From Alphaproteobacteria bacterium (GTDB lineage: Bacteria > Pseudomonadota > Alphaproteobacteria > Bin95): 64,000 nt of DNA. The stretch's first letter is position 1, and the number at the start of each line of letters is the position of its first letter. The stretch spans positions 800,001 to 864,000 of the forward strand of contig OZ224045.1 of assembly GCA_963665325.3 (NCBI GenBank), in the 5' to 3' direction. The position numbers and the translations under genes are program-made. Below, piece by piece: positions 1-9,176 of the stretch. The notes beneath the pieces are model-generated. The model was given only the letters and a program-made list of their open reading frames with translations, was not told the origin of the DNA and did not search any database.

Positions 1-135
1 GCAACCTGGGTCCAGGAGGAAGACCGCGAGGCCGAAGCCCTTGTCCAGGGGCGGAGCCTGGGCGAAGAGCGCCAGGAACTGTGGCGGGAGGAGCTGGACA
101 TGGGGCAGTATTGGGTCATGAGGCTCTCGCCGTGA
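1..135 (+). CDS. C-terminal end of a gene entering from the left edge (unknown; possibly a conjugative relaxase-type tail)
   Basis: Frame 1 is open from the window edge: ATWVQEEDREAEALVQGRSLGEERQELWREELDMGQYWVMRLSP* (TGA 133-135). The product guess rests only on the charged tail and the neighbouring gene. Confidence 0.4.
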   Translation, partial: ATWVQEEDREAEALVQGRSLGEERQELWREELDMGQYWVMRLSP

Positions 136-259
136 TGAACGCGGGGGATCTGTCCTTCCCGGTCCCCAGGGCTCCGAGGGCCGCGCCCGGACGCCATCGG
201 CCGGGTGGAAGGCCCTGCCGTATCCTGCGTCCGTCGGGGAAAGGGGCTCCGGGCCTGTC

Positions 260-1645
260 ATGGTTCTCCACCTGGTAACGAACAGGAAGGCGAAGAATCC
301 GCTCTCCATCGTCCGGGCGCTCCTGCCGGAAGAGGAGGCCGCGCTCCGCCGGGTGAAGCAGGGCATCGACCTTCCCGGGGAAGATCCGGTCTACCGCGCG
401 ACGGTCGCTTCCGCACGGGAGAGGCGCCTGTGGATTCTCTGCGACTGCCGCGACGGAGGCGCTTCGGACCGACCGGCCATCAGCCTGGTCAGGAAGGAAG
501 ACGGCCGGATTTTCCTGTCCAACCTCCCCAGAGCGGAGGTCCCGCATGTTGACGGCTGCATCTTCGCTCCCGGCGACGGGGCGCGGAGGAGGATGCCCGT
601 TATCGTCTTTCGCGATGTGCTCCGCCCGGTCGCGGGCGGCAGGGAGCGCACGGACGAGGAAAGGCCGGGCGAGGCGCCGCAGCGGCGGTTGACGGGGCCC
701 GGCACGGGCAGCCGGGACCCGAGCCTGGCCGGCCATCTGCGCGGGCTGATGCAGGCCGCAAGCCTGCACAGGCTGAGCGTCTCGGAAGGGTTCGCATCCC
801 CGGAGGAGTGGCTTGGCCGGATCGTCCGTGCGGCCAGGAACTTTCGCAGCCCGGAGGAAATCATGGTGTCCCGTCTTCTGGTCACGAAGCCGGAGGCATG
901 GACATCGGGCTTTGTCGCGCAAACCCTGGACGAGCTGGAACCGGAGTGGCCGAAGAAGGGAACGCCGTTCGTGTGGCTGTGCTGGATGGCACGGGACATC
1001 GCCGACCGCGAGATCAACGGAGCGCACCCGGCGCTTGGCCATGTCCGGGTGCTGGCCGACGTGACCAGCCCGACCGTCGGGCGCAACAGGGTGGAGGGCC
1101 CCTGGCTCTTTCTCGGAGAGGTGGGCCGGTCCCCGGAGACCGGGAGATGGGAATGCATGGAGGCCTCTGCCCAGCCGATCGCGTCGGCCCGGTGCCCGGT
1201 CCCGATGGACTCGCACAATGAGCGCCGGGCTCTCGGCGCGCTGCGCTCCGCGATCTGGAGCCTGGAGAACAATGCGAAGCTGGGCGAGGCGTTCGGCGGC
1301 GCCATCCGCATCGACCTCGAGAAGCCGCTCTTCGACATCGAGACGGTCGGCGGCCGCTGCCGGCCCGACTTCATCCTGACCGTCATCCGACCGGGCTGCG
1401 ACCCCGCCGGCGGCCGGCACCTGCTCGGGGATTCGGCGCGCTACGTCATCGAGGTCATGGGGTTCGACGACCCGGAATATGAAAGCAGGAAGGCCGAAAC
1501 GCACCGGCGCATGCGAAAGCTCGGGCGCCTCTTCCGCCTGGATGCAAGGCAGTTCGACTCACGTGGCAACGGCCTGCAGCGCCAGGCCGACAGGATCGCC
1601 CGGCATGTCCGCAACGATCTGATGCTGCGGTGGAAGCTGGATTGA
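260..1645 (+). CDS. DUF1173-like protein (N-terminal Cys/His metal site, C-terminal PD-(D/E)xK-like segment), typical of conjugative plasmids/ICEs
   Basis: 461 aa; WILCDC...LSNLPRAEVPHVDGC near the N-terminus; RPDFIL...YVIEVMGFDDPEYESRK near the C-terminus. Confidence 0.6.
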   Translation: MVLHLVTNRKAKNPLSIVRALLPEEEAALRRVKQGIDLPGEDPVYRATVASARERRLWILCDCRDGGASDRPAISLVRKEDGRIFLSNLPRAEVPHVDGCIFAPGDGARRRMPVIVFRDVLRPVAGGRERTDEERPGEAPQRRLTGPGTGSRDPSLAGHLRGLMQAASLHRLSVSEGFASPEEWLGRIVRAARNFRSPEEIMVSRLLVTKPEAWTSGFVAQTLDELEPEWPKKGTPFVWLCWMARDIADREINGAHPALGHVRVLADVTSPTVGRNRVEGPWLFLGEVGRSPETGRWECMEASAQPIASARCPVPMDSHNERRALGALRSAIWSLENNAKLGEAFGGAIRIDLEKPLFDIETVGGRCRPDFILTVIRPGCDPAGGRHLLGDSARYVIEVMGFDDPEYESRKAETHRRMRKLGRLFRLDARQFDSRGNGLQRQADRIARHVRNDLMLRWKLD

Positions 1646-1672
1646 GACGTCGGGTTTCGCCGTTCAAGGCCG

Positions 1673-1701
1673 GAACGGCAAGGCCCACCCCACTGCCGTT
1701 C
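1673..1701 (+). terminator. Stem-loop downstream of the DUF1173-like gene
   Basis: GAACGGCA (1673-1680) and TGCCGTTC (1694-1701) form a perfect 8-bp inverted repeat; there is no U-tract. Confidence 0.3.
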
Positions 1702-2028
1702 GGTGCGGCCATTGAGTGCCGATAATCATGAAGCGCTGTTGCTGCAATTGTCACGAACTGGCGGGTCAGGAGATCGCGCCGAACCAACACGATACACGAC
1801 GATTATTGACCGCATTATGGCGCCGGTTGTGGCGAATAACGCCTCCGCACTTTGCGCATCATGCCTTCGCGGCGCTGGCGGCGCCAGCGCGTTGACGGAA
1901 CCGGGAGGATCGAGACCCGCCGAGCACGTGACGGGGCGCCGGAGGCCCTGCCCCTTGCGCGGCGGGCTCCGGCCCCTATTCTGCCCTGCCCGGCGCCTGG
2001 ACGGCCGGAAAGGACAGGGTAAGCCGCT

Positions 2029-2838
2029 TTGTTCGCCGCCTTGCGTATCGCCAGCCGCCTGCCGCTCGCCTGCCTCTACCCGATCGGGCGCCTGCTGATC
2101 CCGCTTGCCCGCGCGTTCGTGCCGAGCCGGCGCCGCGTGGCGGAGCGCAACCTCGCCGCTGCCTTCCCCGACGTGGAACTCCGGGCGCTGATGCGCCGCT
2201 TCTATGCCACCAGCGCCGATCTGGCGGTGGAGTCGATCCGGCTCATGTCCATTCCGAAGGCGCAGCTGGGCGTCCGTGTCCGGTTGGAAGGCGCGGAAGC
2301 GCTGGACGAGGGCGGCGCGCTGGTGCTGGCGGCCCATCACGGCAATATGCTCTGGGCCGTTGGCGCGCTGGCGGACGCTGTGCCTGCGCCGGTCTTCGTG
2401 GTCTACAAGCCGCCGCATGGAGACATCCTGCACCGCATGCTGGAGGCGATCGGGGCACGCTTCGACGGAACGCTAGTGCCGCTGCGCGAGGTGCGCCGGA
2501 CCGTGCTTCGCTGCCGGCAGGAAAGCGGCGTGCTCGTGCTGGTGGCCGACCAGCGGCTAGGCTCTGCCGAGCGCCGCAAGGTGGAGTTCTGTGGCCGACA
2601 GACGCCCTTCTTCGCCGGGCCGGACCGCATCGGCCGCGCGCTCGGATGGCCGGTCTATTACCTGTCCTGCCGGCGGACGGAGCGGGGCCGCTATCGCTGC
2701 CGGGTCGAGAAACTCTGCGAACCGCCTTATGCGGAGGGCGACGCCGGCATCGTGCAGCGCTACGCGGCGCGGCTGGAGGCCGACATCCGGAGCGCGCCGG
2801 AAGACTGGCTCTGGTTCCACAAGCGCTGGAGGGATTGA
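2029..2838 (+). CDS. Lipid A biosynthesis acyltransferase (LpxL/HtrB family)
   Basis: RRRVAERNLAAAFP, LAAHHGN, LVADQ, FCGRQT, C-terminal IRSAPEDWLWFHKRW; TTG start. Confidence 0.85.
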   Translation: MFAALRIASRLPLACLYPIGRLLIPLARAFVPSRRRVAERNLAAAFPDVELRALMRRFYATSADLAVESIRLMSIPKAQLGVRVRLEGAEALDEGGALVLAAHHGNMLWAVGALADAVPAPVFVVYKPPHGDILHRMLEAIGARFDGTLVPLREVRRTVLRCRQESGVLVLVADQRLGSAERRKVEFCGRQTPFFAGPDRIGRALGWPVYYLSCRRTERGRYRCRVEKLCEPPYAEGDAGIVQRYAARLEADIRSAPEDWLWFHKRWRD

Positions 2839-2858
2839 AGAGGGGGGAGCGGAAGGCG

Positions 2859-3131
2859 ATGACAGACGGCTGGGTAAGGCTGGACGACAGCGTTGTAGAC
2901 GGAGTGGAAATGGCGGAGAGGGCGGGGCGGGCGGCGACCGGCTTCGCCGGGCTCGGTATCCGCCTCGGCGATGCGGTCGGCATGCTTGGGGCCTACGCTG
3001 TGCCGATCAACTGGTATCTCGCGCGCGACGAGGTCTGCCACATCCTCGCCGACAGCGGCGCGAGCGTGACCGTCATTCGAGCCCTCCGCCCATCCCATGA
3101 CTTCCTGTTGACTTCTGTCTCGCCCGACTGA
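2859..3131 (+). pseudogene. Truncated, internally deleted acyl-CoA synthetase (AMP-binding) N-terminal fragment
   Basis: ERAGRAATGFAGLGIRLGDAVGMLGAYAVPINWYLARDEVCHILADSGA matches the AMP-binding N-terminus, but the segment normally between GDAV and LGAYAVP is missing and the ORF stops after about 90 codons. Confidence 0.7.
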
Positions 3132-3309
3132 ACCATTCTTCAGCGATCCGTCCGGTCCCGGGTCCGCGCCGAATCGGACTGTCTCCGGTCGGGCTAGAGT
3201 CATCTTCCCGCCCGGCGCGCGGGACATCCTTTTGGTCGCGCGGTTTCACAGGCCGGGACCGTGCCTCGCATCGCGCTGAGTGCCCTGTCCGCTATCGGGA
3301 AGACGAAGC

Positions 3310-4143
3310 ATGCGACGATCAGAGATTGACGAGGCCCGGCCGCCCGTATCCTGCTACATTTGCCCTATCGATGAAGAGACACGGATTGAGGCGACTGTCC
3401 AGGCTGCGTTGCGTGTCGCGCGTGAGGTCGTGGTGGTTGACTCCGGATCCACAGACCGTACGGTCGTAATGGCCAGGGCGGCGGGCGCAAGAGTCATCGA
3501 ACGAAAGCGTTCGGATCCGGGAGCCCGGACGCGCGCCGGAGAAGACGCATGTCGGCGCGACTGGCTTCTCTATCTGGATAGCGGCGAAATCGTCACCGAA
3601 GAACTGGCGCGGGAAATGCATGACCTGTTTCATGCCGGCGAGCCATCCGCCGATGCATTCCGTCTTCCCGTCCTTTGCGTCGATCCGTCCGGCCGGATCT
3701 GGAAGAACTCCCGGCCTCGACGCAGTGTCAAGCTCTACGACCGGCGCAAGGTTCGCTTACCCGTCGATGGCGCCCAGGACCAGTTTCACGTCCCGCAGGG
3801 ACTCCGTGTCCGCCGCCTTCGCGGCCCGATCCTGGACCATGCGTTCGAGGATATCGGGCACCTTTCGCGCAAGCAAAGGGATCACGCCATCAGGCAGGCC
3901 CGGGTCGTGGATCCCAATCCGCCCTGGCTGACTGCGCTCAAGGTGTATCTGGGCCTGCCCTGTTTCTTTCTCTGCAGCTATGTCGTTCGCGGCCGTTGGC
4001 TGGAGGGTCGCTATGGTTTCCTCTTCGCTGTCGTGGCGTCCTACTACCGCTGGTATCGCTACGCCATTCTTTACAGGCGGAGGCTGAGGAGACTCCGGAA
4101 GCAGAGAACGGGCACCTCTAAATCGGCTGCGGCGCGGAATTAA
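3310..4143 (+). CDS. Glycosyltransferase family 2 (WaaE/KdtX-like LPS beta-glucosyltransferase), degenerate DxD motif
   Basis: EVVVVDSGSTDRTV, ARAAGARV, C-terminal WLEGRYGF; the expected LDADE reads LDSGE. Confidence 0.8.
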   Translation: MRRSEIDEARPPVSCYICPIDEETRIEATVQAALRVAREVVVVDSGSTDRTVVMARAAGARVIERKRSDPGARTRAGEDACRRDWLLYLDSGEIVTEELAREMHDLFHAGEPSADAFRLPVLCVDPSGRIWKNSRPRRSVKLYDRRKVRLPVDGAQDQFHVPQGLRVRRLRGPILDHAFEDIGHLSRKQRDHAIRQARVVDPNPPWLTALKVYLGLPCFFLCSYVVRGRWLEGRYGFLFAVVASYYRWYRYAILYRRRLRRLRKQRTGTSKSAAARN

Positions 4144-4274
4144 ATCTCTCCAAGGCGATTTGCACTGGCTTCAGAAACGGGCCGGTGCCAGTTCTGATCC
4201 AGACGAAGCTGGACGATGGGCCCGTCGTTAGGCGCCGGGTCCTGATCCTTCAGGATCCAACGCTGATCAATCGC

Positions 4275-4427
4275 TTATGACGCCGATCGGTGGCCAAGCA
4301 GCGCGCCGAGCAACAGGGTGCTCACGCCGGTCCGCTCGGGGACAATGCCCAGCGCGCTCAAATTGCCGGAGATCGCCGCCCAGCGATCCAGGCGGCGGTC
4401 GAGTTGGATCACGAATACTGGCAGCAT
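4275..4427 (-). pseudogene. Truncated glycosyltransferase family 25 paralog (5' fragment)
   Basis: Minus-strand translation MLPVFVIQLDRRLDRWAAISGNLSALGIVPER...* aligns with MLPVFVINLDRRPDRWTAIMGQLDRLRIEAMR of the intact gene at 12578-13294; absent from the ORF track because it is only 50 aa. Confidence 0.8.
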
Positions 4428-4565
4428 GATGAATCTCGCCAGCCCGACCGGGCCCGGGTATCGGGCTGTTCTGTTCAGCGGACGCCCCGACAGAGCGGGA
4501 CACGTCAGCGGTCGCGGAGCGGATGGTCGTTCGAATCGACCGGGAGAGTTAACGGAAGCTGCAGC

Positions 4566-5408
4566 CTATCCGTCCCGGACGGAACCGCCGCCGTCGGCGT
4601 CCGGGTTCGAAATCACTCCGTTCCGTCTCGCTTCCTCCATGCGCCAACGAGAGCGGACCATGGGGTTGGAACGAGGGTAGAACTTCCAGCGCAGATGATC
4701 GCTCCGCTTTCTTATCGAGCGGACGAACCTATCGGGGAAGACATGCGGTTTGGCGAAGTCGGGCACATGGCGTCCATCCCCGATATGCCGAACGGCCGGT
4801 TCCGCGAGATAGGCCACCCGGTAGCCGAGTTCCAGATAGCATCGCGCCACCCGGGATTCCCTGGCCCAGGCCCGGAAATCCGAATAGCGTCCGACGATCC
4901 TGTAGTCCCGCATGCGCCGCAACCCCGGGTTGAAGGACAGGCCCGCAAACGCCCGGGCCACAGCAGGATCGGCAACGTGATATGCGACGCCGGAGTGTGT
5001 GGTGAGCTGTGGTCCGATGTAACCGGGGGCGAATTCGGAGGCAATTCTGAGCCCGACCATCGAGTAACGGTCGGATTCCTTCAGGACGGCAAAGGAGGGC
5101 TCGATGAATCCGTCGGAGAAGAATTCCCAGTCGTCCTCGCAATGGAAGACCCATTCGGTCTCGACACGGGAATAGAGCCGGTCGATGCTTCGGATGAGCC
5201 CGATCGGCTGTTCGTTGACGAGCACCTCGAATTTCAGTCCGCTGCCCGAGAAGCGGCGGATCACGGCGTGAACGGCCGGATCACCGCTATCCTCGGTGAC
5301 CACAAGCTTCGCGACCGGACCCTCCAGGCGCGGCAATAGGGAGCCGAGCGTCCGCTCCAGAAGGTCGAAGCGCCCGCAGCTCGTCAAAGCGACGGTGTAG
5401 GGCTCCAT
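4566..5408 (-). CDS. Glycosyltransferase family 2-like protein
   Basis: TSCGRFDLLERTL, VVTEDS, WVFHCEDDWEF, FAGLSFNPGLRR, VRHIG. Confidence 0.8.
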   Translation of the reverse strand: MEPYTVALTSCGRFDLLERTLGSLLPRLEGPVAKLVVTEDSGDPAVHAVIRRFSGSGLKFEVLVNEQPIGLIRSIDRLYSRVETEWVFHCEDDWEFFSDGFIEPSFAVLKESDRYSMVGLRIASEFAPGYIGPQLTTHSGVAYHVADPAVARAFAGLSFNPGLRRMRDYRIVGRYSDFRAWARESRVARCYLELGYRVAYLAEPAVRHIGDGRHVPDFAKPHVFPDRFVRSIRKRSDHLRWKFYPRSNPMVRSRWRMEEARRNGVISNPDADGGGSVRDG

Positions 5409-5759
5409 CCACACTCCCGGCAACCGGCGACGGGCCCGCGGTCGCCACAGCGCCGTCTCCTGTGCGAAAACAAACGAGCCGCCCGGCCCGTGGGATCTGG
5501 AGCCGTATCGCTCCGAATGTGGTACCAGAGGGCCCTATTGCCGCGGCAAGCAGCGTGGCCGATGCTAGAGTTGAACGGTTGCAAATTCAATTGGCACTCT
5601 TCCGTAATCGATCCCCAGTTGCTGGTCCGCGTCGGAAAGGTTGTTCCGCGCCGTCCCGTTGCCGCCCGGCCCAAGCAAGCACGTCCTCCGGGCTGACGGC
5701 CATCCGTTGCGGCACCAGGGCCGCATCGGCCGGCGATCCGGCCGCCGCATGACACGGCC

Positions 5760-7043
5760 TCATTCCCGCCTTCGATTGGTTCGTCCAGCCAGAACATCCG
5801 CTATCAGCGTTTCATAGCCGTCAATCGAGCGTTCGACCGAGAACCGCGCCGCGTTGATGCGGAGCGCGGCCTTGTTCGCCGGCTCGTCGAGCGCGCGCCG
5901 CATGACGCGGGCCAGCGCCTCCGCGTCGCCGACCGGGGCAAGCAGGGCCGGGTCCCCCAGGACTTCCGCGGGACCGCCCGGGCAGTCGGTCGAGACTGCC
6001 GGGCAGCCGCAAGCCAGCGCCTCCACCAGCACATTGCCGAGCCCCTCGTGCCGCGAGGAGAGCACGAACAGCGCCGCGCGGGCCATGAAGGCAAACGGGT
6101 TCTTCACCCAGCCCGGCAGGGATACGCAATCGTCAAGGCCGAAGCTAGCTATGCGGGCTTCGAGTGTGGAGCGCAACGGACCGTCGCCCAGAATGACCAG
6201 CCGGTAGGGCCGATTTGCGCGGAAATGCCGGAAGGCGTCGATCAGCGTCGAAAAGTCTTTCTCCCACACCAGCCGCCCGACACCGAGAATAACGGGCGGT
6301 CCGTCATCCGAAAACCAAGGATGCTCCGGCTCAAGCACTGCCAATTCTCCTATATCTGGAGCGAAGGCGGGATTGTATATCATTGTTATCTTATCGGCCT
6401 GCACACCGACCACTGCGGCAAAGTTATCCGCCACCCCACGGGATATCGCGACTACCCTGGACGCTGCCGAAAACACACAATGATCCGTTTCCCATTTTTC
6501 AACAATACTGCGAGCAATCGGGATTATCTCCGGGCAACCGTGTGTCATTCCAGCCGCAAAGAATCCTGCCTTATTCGCCGCCAGGAGATTGGTAAAAGCG
6601 ACATCGGGCTTCCGTTCCTCAAAATACCGGCCGAGGCGAAGCGCCCGGATGAAAGCTGCCCGCCTCTGGCGCCTGGCAAGGTCCAGGAGCGGCCAGCGAT
6701 GCTTTCTTACAAGACGGTATAAAAGGCAGGGCAGCCGGACGAGCGGCAAACGACGCATAAACCAGTGCGCGCTATCGGAAAAGCTGAGCTCACGATAGCG
6801 TTTCTTTTGCTTCCGAAACAGGTTAGCCGCCTGCCGTCTTGTCCGGCTCCACCTATCGGGACGCCGGGACAACACAAAGACCGATGCCCGCTCCGATATG
6901 TCGCCCGAGTAATCGTTCGTCGGTTGGAATAGCACCAGATCGACAGAGTGTCCTCGTTGGCAAAGCCCGTTGACACTGCGGATAACCGACCTCTCGGCCC
7001 CTCCCCCTCTCAATTCTGCAATAACCCAGCAGATATGCGCCAT
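5760..7043 (-). CDS. Glycosyltransferase family 4 (GT-B)
   Basis: GGGAERS at the N-terminus, GVGRL..EKDF, EGLGNVLVEALACG; the ATG at 7043 is 8 nt after the FkbM stop. Confidence 0.9.
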   Translation of the reverse strand: MAHICWVIAELRGGGAERSVIRSVNGLCQRGHSVDLVLFQPTNDYSGDISERASVFVLSRRPDRWSRTRRQAANLFRKQKKRYRELSFSDSAHWFMRRLPLVRLPCLLYRLVRKHRWPLLDLARRQRRAAFIRALRLGRYFEERKPDVAFTNLLAANKAGFFAAGMTHGCPEIIPIARSIVEKWETDHCVFSAASRVVAISRGVADNFAAVVGVQADKITMIYNPAFAPDIGELAVLEPEHPWFSDDGPPVILGVGRLVWEKDFSTLIDAFRHFRANRPYRLVILGDGPLRSTLEARIASFGLDDCVSLPGWVKNPFAFMARAALFVLSSRHEGLGNVLVEALACGCPAVSTDCPGGPAEVLGDPALLAPVGDAEALARVMRRALDEPANKAALRINAARFSVERSIDGYETLIADVLAGRTNRRRE

Positions 7044-7050
7044 GGTGGCC

Positions 7051-7839
7051 TTACTCCAGCCTTTGGAAGATCGTATTGCGATAGCTTGGCGACGCCTTCG
7101 GCTCAGCCGTGAAACCCAAATCGGACATAAGTCGGATGATCTCCGCCTGGCGCTCGTGGCTGCCTTCAAGCTCGACGATCATGGACCGGACGGATGGCGC
7201 GGAGAATGTCTTCGTCCCCCCCTCCAAAATGCCCAGCTCCAGTCCGTCCACATCGATTTTTACATGCGTCGGCAATGGCGGTGAAAATTGCTGCACGAAA
7301 TCATCCACCGAAAAACCGATTGCGCCTTGGCGGAATTTAGTGGCAATGGGGCGCTCAAGCTGGTCCTTCTCCGTGTTGAAGCCGTGCATTGCAGTTCCGA
7401 CGCCAGTATCCGCCTGGTTGAGCCTCCCGAGTTTTGTGTTTGAGTCGAAGGCAATCTGATACGCGACGATTCGACTGTCTATCCCGGCACGCTCTATGGT
7501 CTCGTTCAGCAACGCATAAGACGCGGCTTGAGGCTCGAACGCCAACACCTGTATATTGCGCTGAAGGGCGGCATACAAGCTATAAGCCCCGACATTCGCG
7601 CCAATATCCCATAGCATTGTCGTACGGTTGACGGAAATGTTGTCCAGCCATCCTCTCGTGTCCGCTTCGAAGTCGCCACGAAGCCGAAATGTAGGGGAGC
7701 CGGGCTTATAAAGTGCAAGTATGAGCTTGCGAAGCGGTACTAGCGTTTTCCTGAAAGTTCGTAACTTCTTCTCTGGACCAAGGGGAGCCGTTATGAACTT
7801 AATGAATAAAATGATGATGGTACTCAAAAAGCTGGTCAT
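7051..7839 (-). CDS. FkbM family methyltransferase
   Basis: WDIGANVG, VLAFEP, HVKIDVDGLELGILEG; ATGA overlap with the upstream ATP-grasp gene at 7836-7839; visibly AT-richer than its flanks. Confidence 0.9.
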   Translation of the reverse strand: MTSFLSTIIILFIKFITAPLGPEKKLRTFRKTLVPLRKLILALYKPGSPTFRLRGDFEADTRGWLDNISVNRTTMLWDIGANVGAYSLYAALQRNIQVLAFEPQAASYALLNETIERAGIDSRIVAYQIAFDSNTKLGRLNQADTGVGTAMHGFNTEKDQLERPIATKFRQGAIGFSVDDFVQQFSPPLPTHVKIDVDGLELGILEGGTKTFSAPSVRSMIVELEGSHERQAEIIRLMSDLGFTAEPKASPSYRNTIFQRLE

Positions 7840-8771
7840 TTTGATAATTTTTCCAGGATGAATGGCGCCGGCCAGCTCCACGCTTCGGCGCGGGCCTGCG
7901 CATCGAGGTGGTAGCTGGGGTCGAAAAACTTTGCGAGTTCTATGTTGGCGTCGGGCGGAATCAGCAAGTCATCCATGCCTCGCGGGCAGGATATTAACTC
8001 GCCGGTCCTTATACCCGCTTCGCAGACATATAGGTTTACCAGAACGAGTGGAAACGGCAAGGCGAGAAGCGACGCAATCCTCAAAATCTCCGTCAATCGT
8101 CGGGACACTTTATCGTCTTTCGGCCCGGTCGGGACTCCAAAGGTGATCGGTAGTTGGTTCCACTCAAGGTCGTAGAAGTTCTGCGTGAGCGTCCCGAACC
8201 GATCCGAGTCCACCCGGACCATCTTCGGGACGCCATGGAAACAGAACAACTTGCAATCCTTCGGCACGGGCACGCCGTCTTCGGAAAGGAATTCCTCGAC
8301 GATGATCTTCGGGCGGAGAAGGCGGTAATTGCCTTCGCTTGTGCCTCCATAGTGGTCCTTCTCAAGCCATTTGCGGAGGAAGTCGCGGCCGACGGCCTCG
8401 TCCGGGTCGGTGTGGAAGAGAATCGGGCCGCTCATATGCGTCGGTTTCATCACGCAGGATGCGCGGTCCAGGACAAACGCTCTTATCTCGTCGGGGCTCC
8501 TAAGCACCCGGTAGGTCTCCGGCGCATAACCCGGCCCGACCGTGTTGTCGATATAGAGCTTTGCCAACTCCTTGTCTGTGATGAACTGGTATAACGGGTC
8601 CAGCAGTGAGCGGTCCGTCTTGATCCGGTAAATCAGGTCGGTCAGCCGCCCCGCACCTTCGGGGTCTGGCTGCCGGCCTTGCCTGCGCACGAACCGCCGC
8701 CGGCAGAACTCCCGGTCCCCCCAAGCATTGCGCGGCAGCCAGCGCCGCGGGATCAGGCAAAGAGGGTTCAT
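7836..8771 (-). CDS. TupA-like ATP-grasp protein (polysaccharide amidoligase), possibly degenerate
   Basis: ITDKELAKLYI, CVMKPTHMSG, YRLLRPKIIVEEFL, KDCKLFCFHG, VDSDRF, FYDLEWN. Confidence 0.8.
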   Translation of the reverse strand: MNPLCLIPRRWLPRNAWGDREFCRRRFVRRQGRQPDPEGAGRLTDLIYRIKTDRSLLDPLYQFITDKELAKLYIDNTVGPGYAPETYRVLRSPDEIRAFVLDRASCVMKPTHMSGPILFHTDPDEAVGRDFLRKWLEKDHYGGTSEGNYRLLRPKIIVEEFLSEDGVPVPKDCKLFCFHGVPKMVRVDSDRFGTLTQNFYDLEWNQLPITFGVPTGPKDDKVSRRLTEILRIASLLALPFPLVLVNLYVCEAGIRTGELISCPRGMDDLLIPPDANIELAKFFDPSYHLDAQARAEAWSWPAPFILEKLSK

Positions 8772-8899
8772 TGTCCGGGGTGCCCGCTCATGTGCGGCCG
8801 ACAAGGCAACGGGCAAGCGTCGTAATTTGAGCCACGGGAATGCTCCAGCCGGTACCGACCGGCACAGTGTCCGGAAGATAGCTGCGGGCGGCGGTTCTC

Positions 8900-9005
8900 G
8901 CATCCGCCAAGGCCGCGCCAGACCCGCCAGCTCCGCCATCATCCAGCCCGTCTTGCGCTCGATCCCCGAAAGAAGCCCGTCCGGAAACACACCCCCGCCG
9001 CCCTG
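8900..9005 (-). mobile_element. IS701-family transposase remnant
   Basis: Minus-strand DGLLSGIERKTGWMMAELAGLARPWRM matches the conserved N-terminal IS701 transposase motif; the rest of the transposase is absent. Confidence 0.7.
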
Positions 9006-9176
9006 ATTTGGCCTGCATGTTTGATTCGTTCTCAACGCGGGTTATTCGCCCGTATCGCCTATCTCGTTCCAAGCCGCAACAAAAGATTGCCGTATCTCTG
9101 AACCCGTGGTTCGCAGACGGCCGAGGCGGTAAGATCAGCCGCGAAACGGATCACGAACTCATGCGGCGCGGTTATC

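Noticed and set aside
5460-5750. Possible gene remnant between the GT2 and GT4 genes
   Set aside because: No recognisable family motif in the frames I examined.
7836-9035. 399-aa transposase-ATP-grasp fusion
   Set aside because: The IS701 scrap is only about 30 codons and in frame by chance; the ATG at 8771 is the more plausible start.
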